A stretch of DNA of 62,400 bases, taken from the IMG/VR virus record IMGVR_UViG_3300009071_000009, positions 1 to 62,400 of that record. One strand, 5' to 3'. A model generated the notes under the pieces. It saw only the letters and a program-made list of their open reading frames with translations, made no database searches and was not told the origin of the DNA. Below, in pieces: positions 16,964 to 27,232 of the stretch (its first letter is position 1; each line of letters starts with the position of its first letter). Origin of the DNA: a virus (taxonomy: Duplodnaviria; Caudoviricetes). The translations under genes were made by a program, and so were the position numbers.

Positions 16964-17134
16964 CTATCTTTTTCGTTGTTGCTGTTGTCTTTGTCTTTCT
17001 TCTTCGTCTCTCAAATGTTCCATTAACATAGTTAGGTATACTTCTCTCTCCCACGGCATCATCATTTCTATTTCTGACAAACTATAGTTATGGTGTTGCA
17101 TTAATTGAAAATTAATCTTATAATAATTCACCAT
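16964..17134 (-). CDS. 51: Baseplate hub assembly chaperone gp51 (missing from ORF track)
   Basis: MVNYYKINFQLMQHHNYSLSEIEMMMPWEREVYLTML…. Confidence 0.9.
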   Translation of the reverse strand: MVNYYKINFQLMQHHNYSLSEIEMMMPWEREVYLTMLMEHLRDEEERQRQQQQRKR

Positions 17135-17154
17135 CCTATCGTGAGAGAGGCATA

Positions 17155-17859
17155 TTACAAAAAATCTTGCATTCCTTTTAGTACAGTTGTTTTTTCTTCT
17201 TTACAGCCAGAGCATTCATAAGTCAATGTATGAGATACAGAAGGCATAGCTTCTACAAAATCTCTTAAGAGTGCAAATTGTTTAGAGTCTAATGATTCTA
17301 AAAAGTCTAGTCTTTCTTGTAAAGGCTCTTCACTAAATTTAATCACTTCATTTTCTGTAATTACTTCATCAATACACTCAACCAGAACTCTAAATGTTTG
17401 GTCTGTTGGAGTCATATCATCAAGGTCAGCCGCAATCATGTCTAAGTATTTTGGCCATTTAAGAGATACTGAAATATCATTTGTAATTTCTATATTTTTG
17501 TCTACATCTGGCATATTTACAAGAATTTGATCTAGTGGTACTTCCACTGAGGTTGCAGTATTACACTCTTTGCATACCGCATTAACTGTACTATTTTCTC
17601 CTACAGATTTTGATCTAATTTGAATAAATGCATATTCAATATCAAATGTAGTTAAGTTAGTATAAGAAATATCTTCTTGGATACATGCCTTTAGTGTATC
17701 AACAATAGCTGTCATTGATGCTTTTGTATCTCCACTTTCGGCTGCCAACATAAGAACCTTTTCTTCTTTCACTAAGTAAGGTCTAAATCTTACTGTTTCT
17801 TGTGTAGAAGGTATAATCAATTCATACTTTGGACTTTCATTCAACTTAGGTAGTGCCAT
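17155..17859 (-). CDS. 26: Baseplate hub assembly protein gp26
   Basis: MALPKL…RPYLVKEEKVL…FDIEY…IRSKSVGE; two CxxC. Confidence 0.9.
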   Translation of the reverse strand: MALPKLNESPKYELIIPSTQETVRFRPYLVKEEKVLMLAAESGDTKASMTAIVDTLKACIQEDISYTNLTTFDIEYAFIQIRSKSVGENSTVNAVCKECNTATSVEVPLDQILVNMPDVDKNIEITNDISVSLKWPKYLDMIAADLDDMTPTDQTFRVLVECIDEVITENEVIKFSEEPLQERLDFLESLDSKQFALLRDFVEAMPSVSHTLTYECSGCKEEKTTVLKGMQDFL

Positions 17860-17861
17860 TA

Positions 17862-18386
17862 TTATCTCCAGTCTGTAAAGGCCAGCTGTACATTCACCTG
17901 TACTAATCCGTCCTGATCGTTATTTAATTCAATTACGTTTACGGTTGTCGGAAACGCTTCCGATAAAACGCAGGTGTAAACCTCTCTGCCTTGGTGGTCT
18001 AATTGCTGTATAGTCACTTCTCTAGCATATTCATTTTTATATTTTACTTCATATACATTTCTTGAAATAATTTTATCTTGCCATCCATCCCAATATCTTT
18101 TAATGCTATAATCATTATTGTCATAAAAAGTTAATGACACATCATCTACAATATAACCATATGGCATTTTTTCTGATTTCATGCCATACATTCTTTCATT
18201 AGTCGTTATCTGTCTTCCTGGTAGCTGAGCCGCATTACACATTAAGTCTAAAGTTTTAGAATCTCTTTCTGCAAAAGGATCAGCAATGCCTAAAGAACTT
18301 GCATTTGGTAAATAGATTCTCCAAAGGTTGGGTCTTGCTAATCCTCTGCCCTTCCCAATTGCGGCTTTAAATTCTTCTATTTTCAT
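17862..18386 (-). CDS. Tail tube initiator / tube-fold protein (gp54-like)
   Basis: GLARPN, LPGRQITT, TIQQLD, EAFP motifs. Confidence 0.75.
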   Translation of the reverse strand: MKIEEFKAAIGKGRGLARPNLWRIYLPNASSLGIADPFAERDSKTLDLMCNAAQLPGRQITTNERMYGMKSEKMPYGYIVDDVSLTFYDNNDYSIKRYWDGWQDKIISRNVYEVKYKNEYAREVTIQQLDHQGREVYTCVLSEAFPTTVNVIELNNDQDGLVQVNVQLAFTDWR

Positions 18387-18970
18387 CTAATCATTTTCCT
18401 TGAATCGCGGTACACTTCTGTTTTACTTGCTTTTTGGAAGTCGGCTGTTGGTAAGAATGAAGCAATCTCCCATTCAGGAGGAGGAACAAATGCAAATCTA
18501 CTACGTACATTAGAATTTAAATAATGTTTAAAGCAAGGTGCAAAATGTTTCATTGATGACGTTTTTTGTAACATAGCATAATTAATATTAAATCGAGTTG
18601 ACTCATCATATGACATATTGTTAGTGTTATCTAAAAGACGATCAAGAAACTTTGCTCTTAATAGAGGTGGCAAATAATGTAGGTTAAGACCATAAAATCC
18701 ACCAGGAGCTGGCTTTACTACAATTACGAGGGGAAACGAATCATAATATGGTAATGTTTCTTTGTGCTTAGGATCATAGAAAAACATAAACATACCACCT
18801 ACGATTTGTCTAGGTTTAAGCTCTAATGGATCTTGTTGCATGAGCTTTGATCGTGATGGAGCTCTAAGGCGTTGCGCCTTTTGTCGAAACCAGTTAATCG
18901 ACTGACGAGTTCTAGGCTGAATGCCTGCTCTAAATGCATCTAATTCGAGTTGTCTAAATAAATTTGCCAT
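18383..18970 (-). CDS. 2: DNA end protector protein gp2
   Basis: FFYDPKHKETLPYYDSFPL, GLNLHYLPP, CFKHYL. Confidence 0.92.
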   Translation of the reverse strand: MANLFRQLELDAFRAGIQPRTRQSINWFRQKAQRLRAPSRSKLMQQDPLELKPRQIVGGMFMFFYDPKHKETLPYYDSFPLVIVVKPAPGGFYGLNLHYLPPLLRAKFLDRLLDNTNNMSYDESTRFNINYAMLQKTSSMKHFAPCFKHYLNSNVRSRFAFVPPPEWEIASFLPTADFQKASKTEVYRDSRKMIR

Positions 18971-18975
18971 GTTAG

Positions 18976-18983
18976 TATTTATA
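18976..18983 (-). promoter_or_regulatory. T4-type late promoter
   Basis: TATAAATA on the minus strand just upstream of gene 2. Confidence 0.75.
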
Positions 18984-18994
18984 ATCGAAAATAG

Positions 18995-19492
18995 TCATTT
19001 CTTCTTCTTTCTTACTGGTCCTAGTGGTTTGATTTTTTTCAGAGGTTTCAGTGGTTTAGGTTTTATTCCCATTTTTTCTAAATGTTTTTCTGTCCATATT
19101 TGAAATTGCCATCCTCTATCTTTAGCAAATTCACCTGCCGCTTTCCATTTATTTTGATTTTTCACATATTCTAAGCCTTCTGAAAGATATGCTTTAGTCT
19201 TTCTTCCTGGATAGATAGGAGGCTTAGTCTGCTTTTCAGGTTTTACTTCAACTAGCACAGTTTTGTTATTTGTGTATGTTATTTTTAAATCCATAAAATA
19301 TCGGTGATATCTTTTATCAACATCGTATAAGTATGGTATAACTATCTCTTCTGAGCTCCATGTCTTAATGTTAGAATTTTCATCACACCACTTAAAACAC
19401 CACTTTTCCCACATAGATCGATAGACTACATTAGAGCTATCTCCTCTATATTTCTTCTTATTTTTAACTGTGTATTTGCCTTTGTAGCTCAT
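18995..19492 (-). CDS. 4: Head completion nuclease gp4 (TnsA-like)
   Basis: YRSMWE, WSSEE, HRYFMD, EVKP, NQNKW.AA. Confidence 0.92.
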   Translation of the reverse strand: MSYKGKYTVKNKKKYRGDSSNVVYRSMWEKWCFKWCDENSNIKTWSSEEIVIPYLYDVDKRYHRYFMDLKITYTNNKTVLVEVKPEKQTKPPIYPGRKTKAYLSEGLEYVKNQNKWKAAGEFAKDRGWQFQIWTEKHLEKMGIKPKPLKPLKKIKPLGPVRKKKK

Positions 19493-19500
19493 AGGATCCA

Positions 19501-19531
19501 TATAAATACTGATAAGATTTTTCTATTTATT
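19501..19531. promoter_or_regulatory. Face-to-face pair of late promoters for gene 48 (+) and gene 4 (-)
   Basis: TATAAATA at 19501 (+) and AATAAATA at 19531-19524 (-). Confidence 0.7.
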
Positions 19532-19541
19532 GGAAGTTTAC

Positions 19542-20504
19542 ATGGCTGAATTACAATTCCCTATCTCAGGACAAGACAAATACAAAGGTCGAATTAGATT
19601 TGACGTATGGAGAACCATTCCTCCTACAATAACACAAAGAGCTCAACGCGCGGTAACTGATGCATTAGCTACAGCAGATGCAGCATTAGGTGGAAGATCT
19701 ATACCACGATCATCTTTAGATCCTAACGATCCACGTGGCCCTCAACAGATTCCATCTTTAGATGATCCAAACGTAGGTATTGGCGCTAACTCATTTATTG
19801 GGAAAGCACAGGAACAAAGAACTGGTAACATGTGTAGCATTTATATGCCACAGTCAATACAAATTCAAGATGGTGTTCAAATTGAAAACGTAGATCTTGG
19901 AGTATTTGGATCTACACTTGAAGCTGGATTAAAAGCAGGCACTGCACCTCTTGAAGCGTTAGTTAATTCAACTGGAGCTACATTTAGTTCAATCGCTGAT
20001 TTTTTTAGGGGTAACTTAACACAAGACGCAGCTAGAGCAGCCGCAGCAAGACTTTCGGGGATGGTCAGTGACGGCGCTATTAGTGGAGCAGTTAGATCAG
20101 CCCTTCAAACTACACCAGCACCTAACACTAGAGCAATTTTTAAAGCCGTAAACATTAGAGAATTTTCTTTTCAATTTACAATGATTCCAAAGACTCAAAG
20201 AGAAGCTCAGGAAATTGTCAACATTATTAAATTTTTTAGAACTGAGCTATATCCGGAAACGATCAAAGCTGGAAACATTCCTGTAGCATATAAATTTCCA
20301 AATAAGTTTGCGATATCAATAGAATATGATGGCAAACTGGTAGCAACTCAGATCTTAAAATCATACTTACGTAATTTTCAAACTAACTATAACCCCTCTT
20401 CAATGGCATTCTTTGAAGATGGAAATTTCCAAGAGATTCAGATCGCGATGAGTTTCGTAGAATCCAGAACATTGGACAAAGACGATATTGCTGGAGGTTT
20501 CTAA
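19542..20504 (+). CDS. 48: Baseplate tail-tube cap gp48
   Basis: IYMP, REFSFQFTMIPK…EAQEI..IIKFFR…YP, TNYNP; synteny gp4-gp48-gp53. Confidence 0.85.
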   Translation: MAELQFPISGQDKYKGRIRFDVWRTIPPTITQRAQRAVTDALATADAALGGRSIPRSSLDPNDPRGPQQIPSLDDPNVGIGANSFIGKAQEQRTGNMCSIYMPQSIQIQDGVQIENVDLGVFGSTLEAGLKAGTAPLEALVNSTGATFSSIADFFRGNLTQDAARAAAARLSGMVSDGAISGAVRSALQTTPAPNTRAIFKAVNIREFSFQFTMIPKTQREAQEIVNIIKFFRTELYPETIKAGNIPVAYKFPNKFAISIEYDGKLVATQILKSYLRNFQTNYNPSSMAFFEDGNFQEIQIAMSFVESRTLDKDDIAGGF

Positions 20505-21250
20505 TGGCATATTTTCGAAATTTTCCTATCATTAACTATCAATTTGGAGATTCAAAAGATCTTACTGCTATGCAAGATCTTACCTCACACGTTGATCTAA
20601 TTGATAGAGTAAGAGATGACGCTACATTCTATGAAATGTATACAATCCTTCCAAAAGAAAGACCTGACTGGTTATCTTTTAAGCTATATGGTGATAATAG
20701 ATTTCACTGGACATTTTATTTACTAAATGACAAGATCCGGCGCCAAGGCTGGCCGTTAGACTATAATGAGGTTGTACAGAAAGCAAAAGAAGATTATCCT
20801 AATGAGACATTCAGGTTTAATGAATTAATGCATGATCAATTTCTTGTAGACACCACGTTTGAAGGATTAACAAGTGGCGCAACTGGAAAAATCTTACGTA
20901 GAAATTTAGACCTAGGGCAAATTACATACGAAAGAACGAGTAGTGCTAGCTTTATAAGCGGTGGTGAAGTAGTCGTCCAAAAAGATGAATTTGGCAATGT
21001 TACGAATAGTGGCAATGGATCATCATTTACAAAAGAATATCTTTCAGCTCATCATTATGAAAATGCTGATAAAGAAACAGTAGACTTTGATCCGTTGATT
21101 GGACCAGGTGTTCTTCTAACAGAAATTACGTATTTGGACAGATACGAACAAACGAATGATGAACTAAAAGAAATCAAAGTGCTAAGACCAAATGTAATCA
21201 ATGACATAGATCAAGCATTCCAAGAAGCATTAACGGGTACTGATGGATGA
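20504..21250 (+). CDS. 53: Baseplate wedge protein gp53
   Basis: YFRNFP, ERPD.LS.KLYG, HW..LLN, WPL, HHYE, IKVLRP. Confidence 0.9.
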   Translation: MAYFRNFPIINYQFGDSKDLTAMQDLTSHVDLIDRVRDDATFYEMYTILPKERPDWLSFKLYGDNRFHWTFYLLNDKIRRQGWPLDYNEVVQKAKEDYPNETFRFNELMHDQFLVDTTFEGLTSGATGKILRRNLDLGQITYERTSSASFISGGEVVVQKDEFGNVTNSGNGSSFTKEYLSAHHYENADKETVDFDPLIGPGVLLTEITYLDRYEQTNDELKEIKVLRPNVINDIDQAFQEALTGTDG

Positions 21251-22563
21251 GTGAAGCAACACCCTTTGACTTTGAAATCATCAGCGCGGTTGTATCTGCA
21301 AATAGAATGTCTTTTGTAGTAGACTTAGCACGAGTCATTTCAGAAATTAACATATTCGAACATGTTGATAAACCATTTTTGACTGGAAATATTCTTTTCA
21401 ATGACAATGCTGGTCTCTATAATGAAGTAAACTGGCAAGGGACAGAAACACTTTCACTTACTATTCGCACTGACCAGTCTGGTGATTTTACTATCAATCG
21501 TGTTTTTCGAATCACAAATGTTAAACAATCAATAAAGTCTAATGACAATAACGAAACATTCTTAATGGAGTTTATTGATGAGTATGCTTGGTTGTCATCA
21601 ACTATTAATGTAAATAAAGCGTACCAAGGTAAGTGTAAAGATATAGTCACTAACATTATAAGTGATAATCTTGGCATAGAAGTTATGAGCCAAAATAAAC
21701 CTGATGCATATAAAGACATGCGAGTTTTGATTCCTAATATGTCTCCGCTTCAAGCAGCAATGTGGATAAAGGATAGAGCACGTGATGTGTATGGATCACC
21801 ATATTTTCTTTATGCATCTATTGCAGATGAAAGATTACGATATATCGACTTAGAGACAATCCTTTCTCTTGGACCACTTAATGAAGGTAGAGACTACATT
21901 TCTGCTCAGCCATTTGGTGCACAGAGTCCTAAAATGGATGTCGAGGATCAATGCTTTATCATACAAACTTATAGACAGCCTGAATCTGAAAACATGCTTA
22001 GGTTATCAAATGAAGGATACATTGGCGCTGACTGGGAATTTGTAGATCCCATCAAAGCTAATTCACATAAAATCAAACACGACATCTCATCTACATTTAG
22101 CAGTATGGTGGCAAGAGGCGTGTTTCCATCAACACAAAATGTACCAGTGTATGATGGAGAAGAGAAGATGCATCAAAAGAGTTCAAGACATATAACTCAA
22201 ATGGCTAGTAGTAGAACATACACTGATTATAAATCAGTAAGTAATATTTATGAGGCTGAAGAAGCAACTTACCATAAAGAAAAGATCCAGTCAAAGGCTT
22301 TAAGAAATTTCCTTTTAAAAAGTCCACTTGACATAAACGTCCCAGGTAAAAATTTCTTTTTAAGAAGAAACAACATGACAATTGGAAATACGATAAATGT
22401 AATGTTTCAAGTAAATGACGATACCGATGGTGGTAACGTTGTAGACTACAAAAGATCAGGACAATACATGGTGTATTCAGCAAGACACGTGTTCACGGCA
22501 AATAGATACACTGTAAACTTAACTTGTGCTAAATTAGCTACAGGTTCCAAACGTGGAGTATAG
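21247..22563 (+). CDS. Baseplate hub protein (gp27-like)
   Basis: Size, position between gp53 and gp5, C-terminal SGQYMVYSARHVF. Confidence 0.7.
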   Translation: MSEATPFDFEIISAVVSANRMSFVVDLARVISEINIFEHVDKPFLTGNILFNDNAGLYNEVNWQGTETLSLTIRTDQSGDFTINRVFRITNVKQSIKSNDNNETFLMEFIDEYAWLSSTINVNKAYQGKCKDIVTNIISDNLGIEVMSQNKPDAYKDMRVLIPNMSPLQAAMWIKDRARDVYGSPYFLYASIADERLRYIDLETILSLGPLNEGRDYISAQPFGAQSPKMDVEDQCFIIQTYRQPESENMLRLSNEGYIGADWEFVDPIKANSHKIKHDISSTFSSMVARGVFPSTQNVPVYDGEEKMHQKSSRHITQMASSRTYTDYKSVSNIYEAEEATYHKEKIQSKALRNFLLKSPLDINVPGKNFFLRRNNMTIGNTINVMFQVNDDTDGGNVVDYKRSGQYMVYSARHVFTANRYTVNLTCAKLATGSKRGV

Positions 22564-22565
22564 CT

Positions 22566-23498
22566 ATGAGTTTGTTGGATGATAGAATTCCTAAAGTTAT
22601 AGAAAATCATCACTATGGTGATGAAACAAGATGGTGGCTAGGAAAGTGTGTAAATAATCAAGATCCAGACAAATTAGGAAGAGTCCAAGTTAGAATTTTT
22701 GGCATACACTCTGGAAATCAGGCTGACATGCCTGCAGCAGTGTTACCTTGGGCACAATGTCTAACTCCAAGCACAGAAGGTGGAGTATCTGGAAAAGGAA
22801 GATATTCTAAAATATTGCCAGGATCTGAAGTGTTTGGAATAATGCTTGATGGTAAAAATTCACAGTGTCCACTTGTACTAGGTACATTACATTACAAAGA
22901 AAATGGCTCAGGTATCGTACCAAGACACACAAACGCCGGGCGGCAAGATAGAGTCTACGATCCAAGAGGTCCACATCAAATACCAGGCTACGATAGTGGT
23001 GTACCAAATGGAGAAATAGATACTGCGCTATCAGGCGGCACAAATGCTGAAAAGATTTTCAACTTCTTCACAGCCCAAGGATATCAGCCGAATCAGGCTG
23101 CAGCCTTTGTAGGAAATTTCTATGCTGAATCAAGCTTAGATCCAAAGGCTCTAAATCCTAATGACAAAGGAAAGCCTGCGTTTGGATTAGCTCAATGGAG
23201 AGGCACACGTTATGATGACCTAATGACATATTCTGAGACTGTTGGCCTTCCTCACGACTCACTTACGACTCAACTTAATTTTGTCATGCATGAATTAAGT
23301 ACAAGTGAAACATTAGCCAATGGAAAATTACAATCGAGTGGATCAGTCACTGATGCTACGACTATAGTAAGTAGATATTATGAAAGACCTGAATTTACAT
23401 TAACGAATGGCGTATATAATAGTCCAAGCTTACCTACTCGTCAAAATGTGGCAATGGATGCGTACAATAGATTTGCGTCGAATGGAGCCAACCAATGA
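22566..23498 (+). CDS. gp5 N-terminal OB-fold fused to phage-tail-type lysozyme
   Basis: DPDKLGRVQVRIFGIH…LPWA (gp5 OB fold); QAAAFVGNFYAES…FGLAQW…YERP (Phage_lysozyme2-like). Confidence 0.85.
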   Translation: MSLLDDRIPKVIENHHYGDETRWWLGKCVNNQDPDKLGRVQVRIFGIHSGNQADMPAAVLPWAQCLTPSTEGGVSGKGRYSKILPGSEVFGIMLDGKNSQCPLVLGTLHYKENGSGIVPRHTNAGRQDRVYDPRGPHQIPGYDSGVPNGEIDTALSGGTNAEKIFNFFTAQGYQPNQAAAFVGNFYAESSLDPKALNPNDKGKPAFGLAQWRGTRYDDLMTYSETVGLPHDSLTTQLNFVMHELSTSETLANGKLQSSGSVTDATTIVSRYYERPEFTLTNGVYNSPSLPTRQNVAMDAYNRFASNGANQ

Positions 23499-25054
23499 GT
23501 GTAAACGTACAAATTTCTCTTCCATCACTGAATGAGATTCTTGGAAATATTCCAGCATTTTCACAGTTATTAAAAGTACAGAGTGAAATACAAAATTTCG
23601 CATTTCAATTTAGTTCTGCATCGCCAGAGGGGACAACGTTAGGTAGATCAAGAACTACCATCAACGGCCTAGAATCTCTTACCTCAAACGTAGACTTAAC
23701 AAGCACAGGATTAACTTTCAATCAAGCGGCTGAAGCTAATGTTGGAGTGGTGCGAGTGCGAGCAACGGTGCCAGGATATTCAAATATCCTAACCAACACA
23801 CAAAACTCTTCTGCTGACTTACGATTAGTAACCGGAAGAACATCTCTTCCAACATCATTCGAACCGAATGAAATCATTATTGCAAACTCTGCAAGATCAA
23901 TAAAATCAAATGTCTCTAACATTACAGGCAAAACGCCTAATTACAATAAGGTCATTGCAGCTACCATAGATCCACAATACAGTTCAACTGCACCAGCTGC
24001 ATACAATGCAGTTGACACTTCAACCGGCGATCTTACTCAAATTCTAAATCAGACTGCTACATCTGTAGGTGGCCTTTCAGCAACCATAAACACATCGCTT
24101 GGTGATATATCTCTTACATATGGTAAGCTCGATAACGCTGCGTTGCAGGTCGATAACTATATCGAAAAAGAAATCCGTTCACTTACCAGTAATACGATAC
24201 CAGATGAAGATGTCAAACTTGCCTTAGAGGAAATTGCAGACGGCAGGCCAGAAGTTGCAGTTCAAATTATGCAGCCTTACTCTACAGTTGAATTTTCAAA
24301 GCTTGAAGAAGACGTTCATTCTATTCCAGCATCTCCAACCAGTCAAATCGGTACTCCACGTGGTACACAAACTATCGTAACTGGATCCGGACTAGGTACA
24401 TCAACGTATTCACCAAAAGTCATTGGTGCAGAAACCGCAGGATGGAAAGGCCGATCTACACCAGTCAACTGGCCAGGATTCAACCAAGTCAATTCAACCG
24501 AAGAATTGATTGCAGAATTTCTTCAATGCAAAAGGCCGATCACAGAGTTCGTTCTTCATTGGACAGCTCATTACCTTGATTCACACGGAGTAGGAGCTTC
24601 TCATGTTCATCGAGACATGATTAGTCGAACAGACATTAAGTTTGCGGGATTAGGATATCACTACATTATCAAGAGAGATGGTACGATCGAAAGAGGTCGA
24701 CCACTCGGACTTGCTGGAGCTCATGCTGTGAGAGGTGGACATAATAAGTATTCAATAGGAATATCTTTCGTCGCAGGATACAATTGTACGAGTGGTACAC
24801 CGAATCCGAATCAATACGTAAGTGCAGCATCAATTACTAGTCTTCAATTTACGGCATTTGATAACTGGTGCAAAGCATTCTATCAAGTATTTCCAGCGGG
24901 TCAAGGATTTGGTCATAATGACACTGATCCGAGTCGAAAGGTCGATCCAGGATTCAATGTACCCGAATATTTAGATACAAAATTCGGCAAAAGAAACGTG
25001 ATTGCTGCGGCACAGGGCCCTCTCTCACCGAGTCAACTGACAGCAATAGTATAG
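23495..25054 (+). CDS. Virion protein with C-terminal N-acetylmuramoyl-L-alanine amidase (Amidase_2)
   Basis: VLHWTA, GYHYII.RDG.IERGR, GAHA, SIGI, GHND…DPGF. Confidence 0.85.
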   Translation: MSVNVQISLPSLNEILGNIPAFSQLLKVQSEIQNFAFQFSSASPEGTTLGRSRTTINGLESLTSNVDLTSTGLTFNQAAEANVGVVRVRATVPGYSNILTNTQNSSADLRLVTGRTSLPTSFEPNEIIIANSARSIKSNVSNITGKTPNYNKVIAATIDPQYSSTAPAAYNAVDTSTGDLTQILNQTATSVGGLSATINTSLGDISLTYGKLDNAALQVDNYIEKEIRSLTSNTIPDEDVKLALEEIADGRPEVAVQIMQPYSTVEFSKLEEDVHSIPASPTSQIGTPRGTQTIVTGSGLGTSTYSPKVIGAETAGWKGRSTPVNWPGFNQVNSTEELIAEFLQCKRPITEFVLHWTAHYLDSHGVGASHVHRDMISRTDIKFAGLGYHYIIKRDGTIERGRPLGLAGAHAVRGGHNKYSIGISFVAGYNCTSGTPNPNQYVSAASITSLQFTAFDNWCKAFYQVFPAGQGFGHNDTDPSRKVDPGFNVPEYLDTKFGKRNVIAAAQGPLSPSQLTAIV

Positions 25055-25062
25055 GATAGAAG

Positions 25063-27102
25063 ATGACAACCGAAAAAGATGACTTACAAGACAGAATTGC
25101 TGCTCAGGGGCAGGGAAGAGTCAACTCAGATGGCCGAACACAAGATGCTTGGGGAGATGTAAGCGGTATATATCCTCAATATGGACCAAACGAGCCAGGT
25201 GTCAACCGCGCTGCTCGAGGCGAGAAAATCAATAATCTAGACGTCAAAACCACTGTTCCAAACGTCGAGCATAATATCATGCAAGACACCGCAACAGTAT
25301 ATCCAAAGTCAGATATCAACGAATCAGAAACCGGACACGTTATCGAAATTAATGATACACCCGGGGGCGAAAGAATTCTCATACATCATAACACTGGTGC
25401 AGGGTTCGATATTCGACCAGATGGTACGATTGTTATCAATTCAAAGAACAACAACGTCGAGTCAACAGACGGAAACAAGTATATGGCAATCGGCGGAGAT
25501 GGCAAAATCACAGTCTTCGGCAACCTCGATCTCGATGTACGGGGTGATATGAATCTCAAGGTTGGAGGAAATCTCAACTGGAGAGTCGGCGGAACAGTTG
25601 TTGGAAACGTCGTTGGCTCACTCGTTACTCGCATATCAGGATCAGTACGAAGAGTCATCACCGGAGATCTTCAAGATCAAGTTCTGGGTAATACCTTCAG
25701 TCTTGGCCTAGGCGGCTTCACTCAATATGTCAAAGGAAATTTCAAATCAGCAGTGCATGGTTCAACCTCACTCTTTTCAAAAATCTCTACAAGAATCTCA
25801 TCAGAAAATGAACTCGACATTGCATCAAACAATATCAATATCGGTGCAAGAGATCTAACCGCAATCGCCGATAAAGGAACCATCGGCGGCCAGAACGTTA
25901 TCATGTACAATTACAACATGCATACCGAAAAGTCAGTATGGGCAGAAACCATGTCAGCAGAAACATTTCATGGAGATTTATCGGGTAAAGCTAAACTAGC
26001 AGCATCGTCAGAACACCAATCATATAGCGATCCAGATGGAGGAGGAGGTGTTGGCTCACGAGGTTCTATTACAGAAACGGCTCTCGATGAAAAGGCTACA
26101 GTACTTCCAACTGGTGCACTCATGAACGATTTTCTTGATAATACAGAAGCTGGTATCACAAAAATCAATATCGATCCAGATGGAACAATAGCACAAGGTA
26201 TCGATCATACACAACACACAGGAAACGTTACGGATAGACTACTTACAAAGGAAGAAGTCAGAGCAAGACTACGGAATCCAAGCCATCTCGCTAATACAGC
26301 ATTCTATACTAGTCAAATAGCTGCAGGTAACCTCGCAAGTAATTTTGCCAACTCATCTCCTTCGTCCATAGGGAGAGTCATCGCCACCACTGACAACACC
26401 TATACCGGTGAAAACATTATAGGCCGGTTTCCAGATGATGGATTCCGTGGTACCACCTTCCGTCAGACTGAATCATCAGGCCAATCTCGTAATCTTACGA
26501 TACTGGTAGAAGGAAGGTTTAACCCTAACCGTTGGACCTCTATTGCAGCGAATACACCACTCTCGAATAAGATTACTCTGGCTAGGTTCCTTGGTGGGGC
26601 TGGAGATCCAGCGAATATAAACCACATTACAGACCTCGAAGAACGAAGACAGATCCTTCGTAACCTATTACCCCATACAGGATTTATTAATCTATTCAAC
26701 ACCTTAAAGAGTACAGCAGGACACAATCTCGTTATTACTGAGGGCCTATACAGACCTAGTCAGACTGAGACTATAGACACTGATTCTATATTAGATCTAA
26801 GGCAAACCGGTAGAGCAGTAGCATATGAAGTCCATAACAATACAACTGGATCTTTATCACCAGAGAAATTATTTGATTTTGCTCGATTAGTAAAGAATGC
26901 AAGTCAGTTTGAAGAACTCTCGCTAAGGTATGATACATTCGATCCGAACGGAGCTCAGCATGTTTCTCTGGTAATAACGACTCCTAATATACCGAGTAAT
27001 TTAACAGCAAAGTTCGAACAGAAATTATCTACATATTATAACGAAGCTCTACAGTCAGCCACATCGTTAGTCGAAATGACACCGGCAGGAAGGCCCTTTT
27101 AA
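25063..27102 (+). CDS. gp5 C-terminal part (beta-helix spike) with extra C-terminal domain
   Basis: YP…ETGHVIEINDTPGGERI..HH.TG, then V.G repeats. Confidence 0.85.
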   Translation: MTTEKDDLQDRIAAQGQGRVNSDGRTQDAWGDVSGIYPQYGPNEPGVNRAARGEKINNLDVKTTVPNVEHNIMQDTATVYPKSDINESETGHVIEINDTPGGERILIHHNTGAGFDIRPDGTIVINSKNNNVESTDGNKYMAIGGDGKITVFGNLDLDVRGDMNLKVGGNLNWRVGGTVVGNVVGSLVTRISGSVRRVITGDLQDQVLGNTFSLGLGGFTQYVKGNFKSAVHGSTSLFSKISTRISSENELDIASNNINIGARDLTAIADKGTIGGQNVIMYNYNMHTEKSVWAETMSAETFHGDLSGKAKLAASSEHQSYSDPDGGGGVGSRGSITETALDEKATVLPTGALMNDFLDNTEAGITKINIDPDGTIAQGIDHTQHTGNVTDRLLTKEEVRARLRNPSHLANTAFYTSQIAAGNLASNFANSSPSSIGRVIATTDNTYTGENIIGRFPDDGFRGTTFRQTESSGQSRNLTILVEGRFNPNRWTSIAANTPLSNKITLARFLGGAGDPANINHITDLEERRQILRNLLPHTGFINLFNTLKSTAGHNLVITEGLYRPSQTETIDTDSILDLRQTGRAVAYEVHNNTTGSLSPEKLFDFARLVKNASQFEELSLRYDTFDPNGAQHVSLVITTPNIPSNLTAKFEQKLSTYYNEALQSATSLVEMTPAGRPF

Positions 27103-27232
27103 ATGACAGGAAAAAGCCATATACCCTGCCGAAGGCCATACTAACGAGGTTGTCTGTCCATAGAAAAAAGTTCAGTAGATTCACTCAGATTTTTTTTTCT
27201 CACGAGTAAATGATACTCTCAGGGTTTTATGG

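Noticed and set aside
16956-17054. N-terminal 33 codons of the 580-aa ORF-track call
   Set aside because: They overlap the recognisable gp51 gene in another frame; the true start is more likely 16955
27103-27144. 13-codon ORF after the spike gene
   Set aside because: Too short, with no recognisable motif; not a PAAR protein
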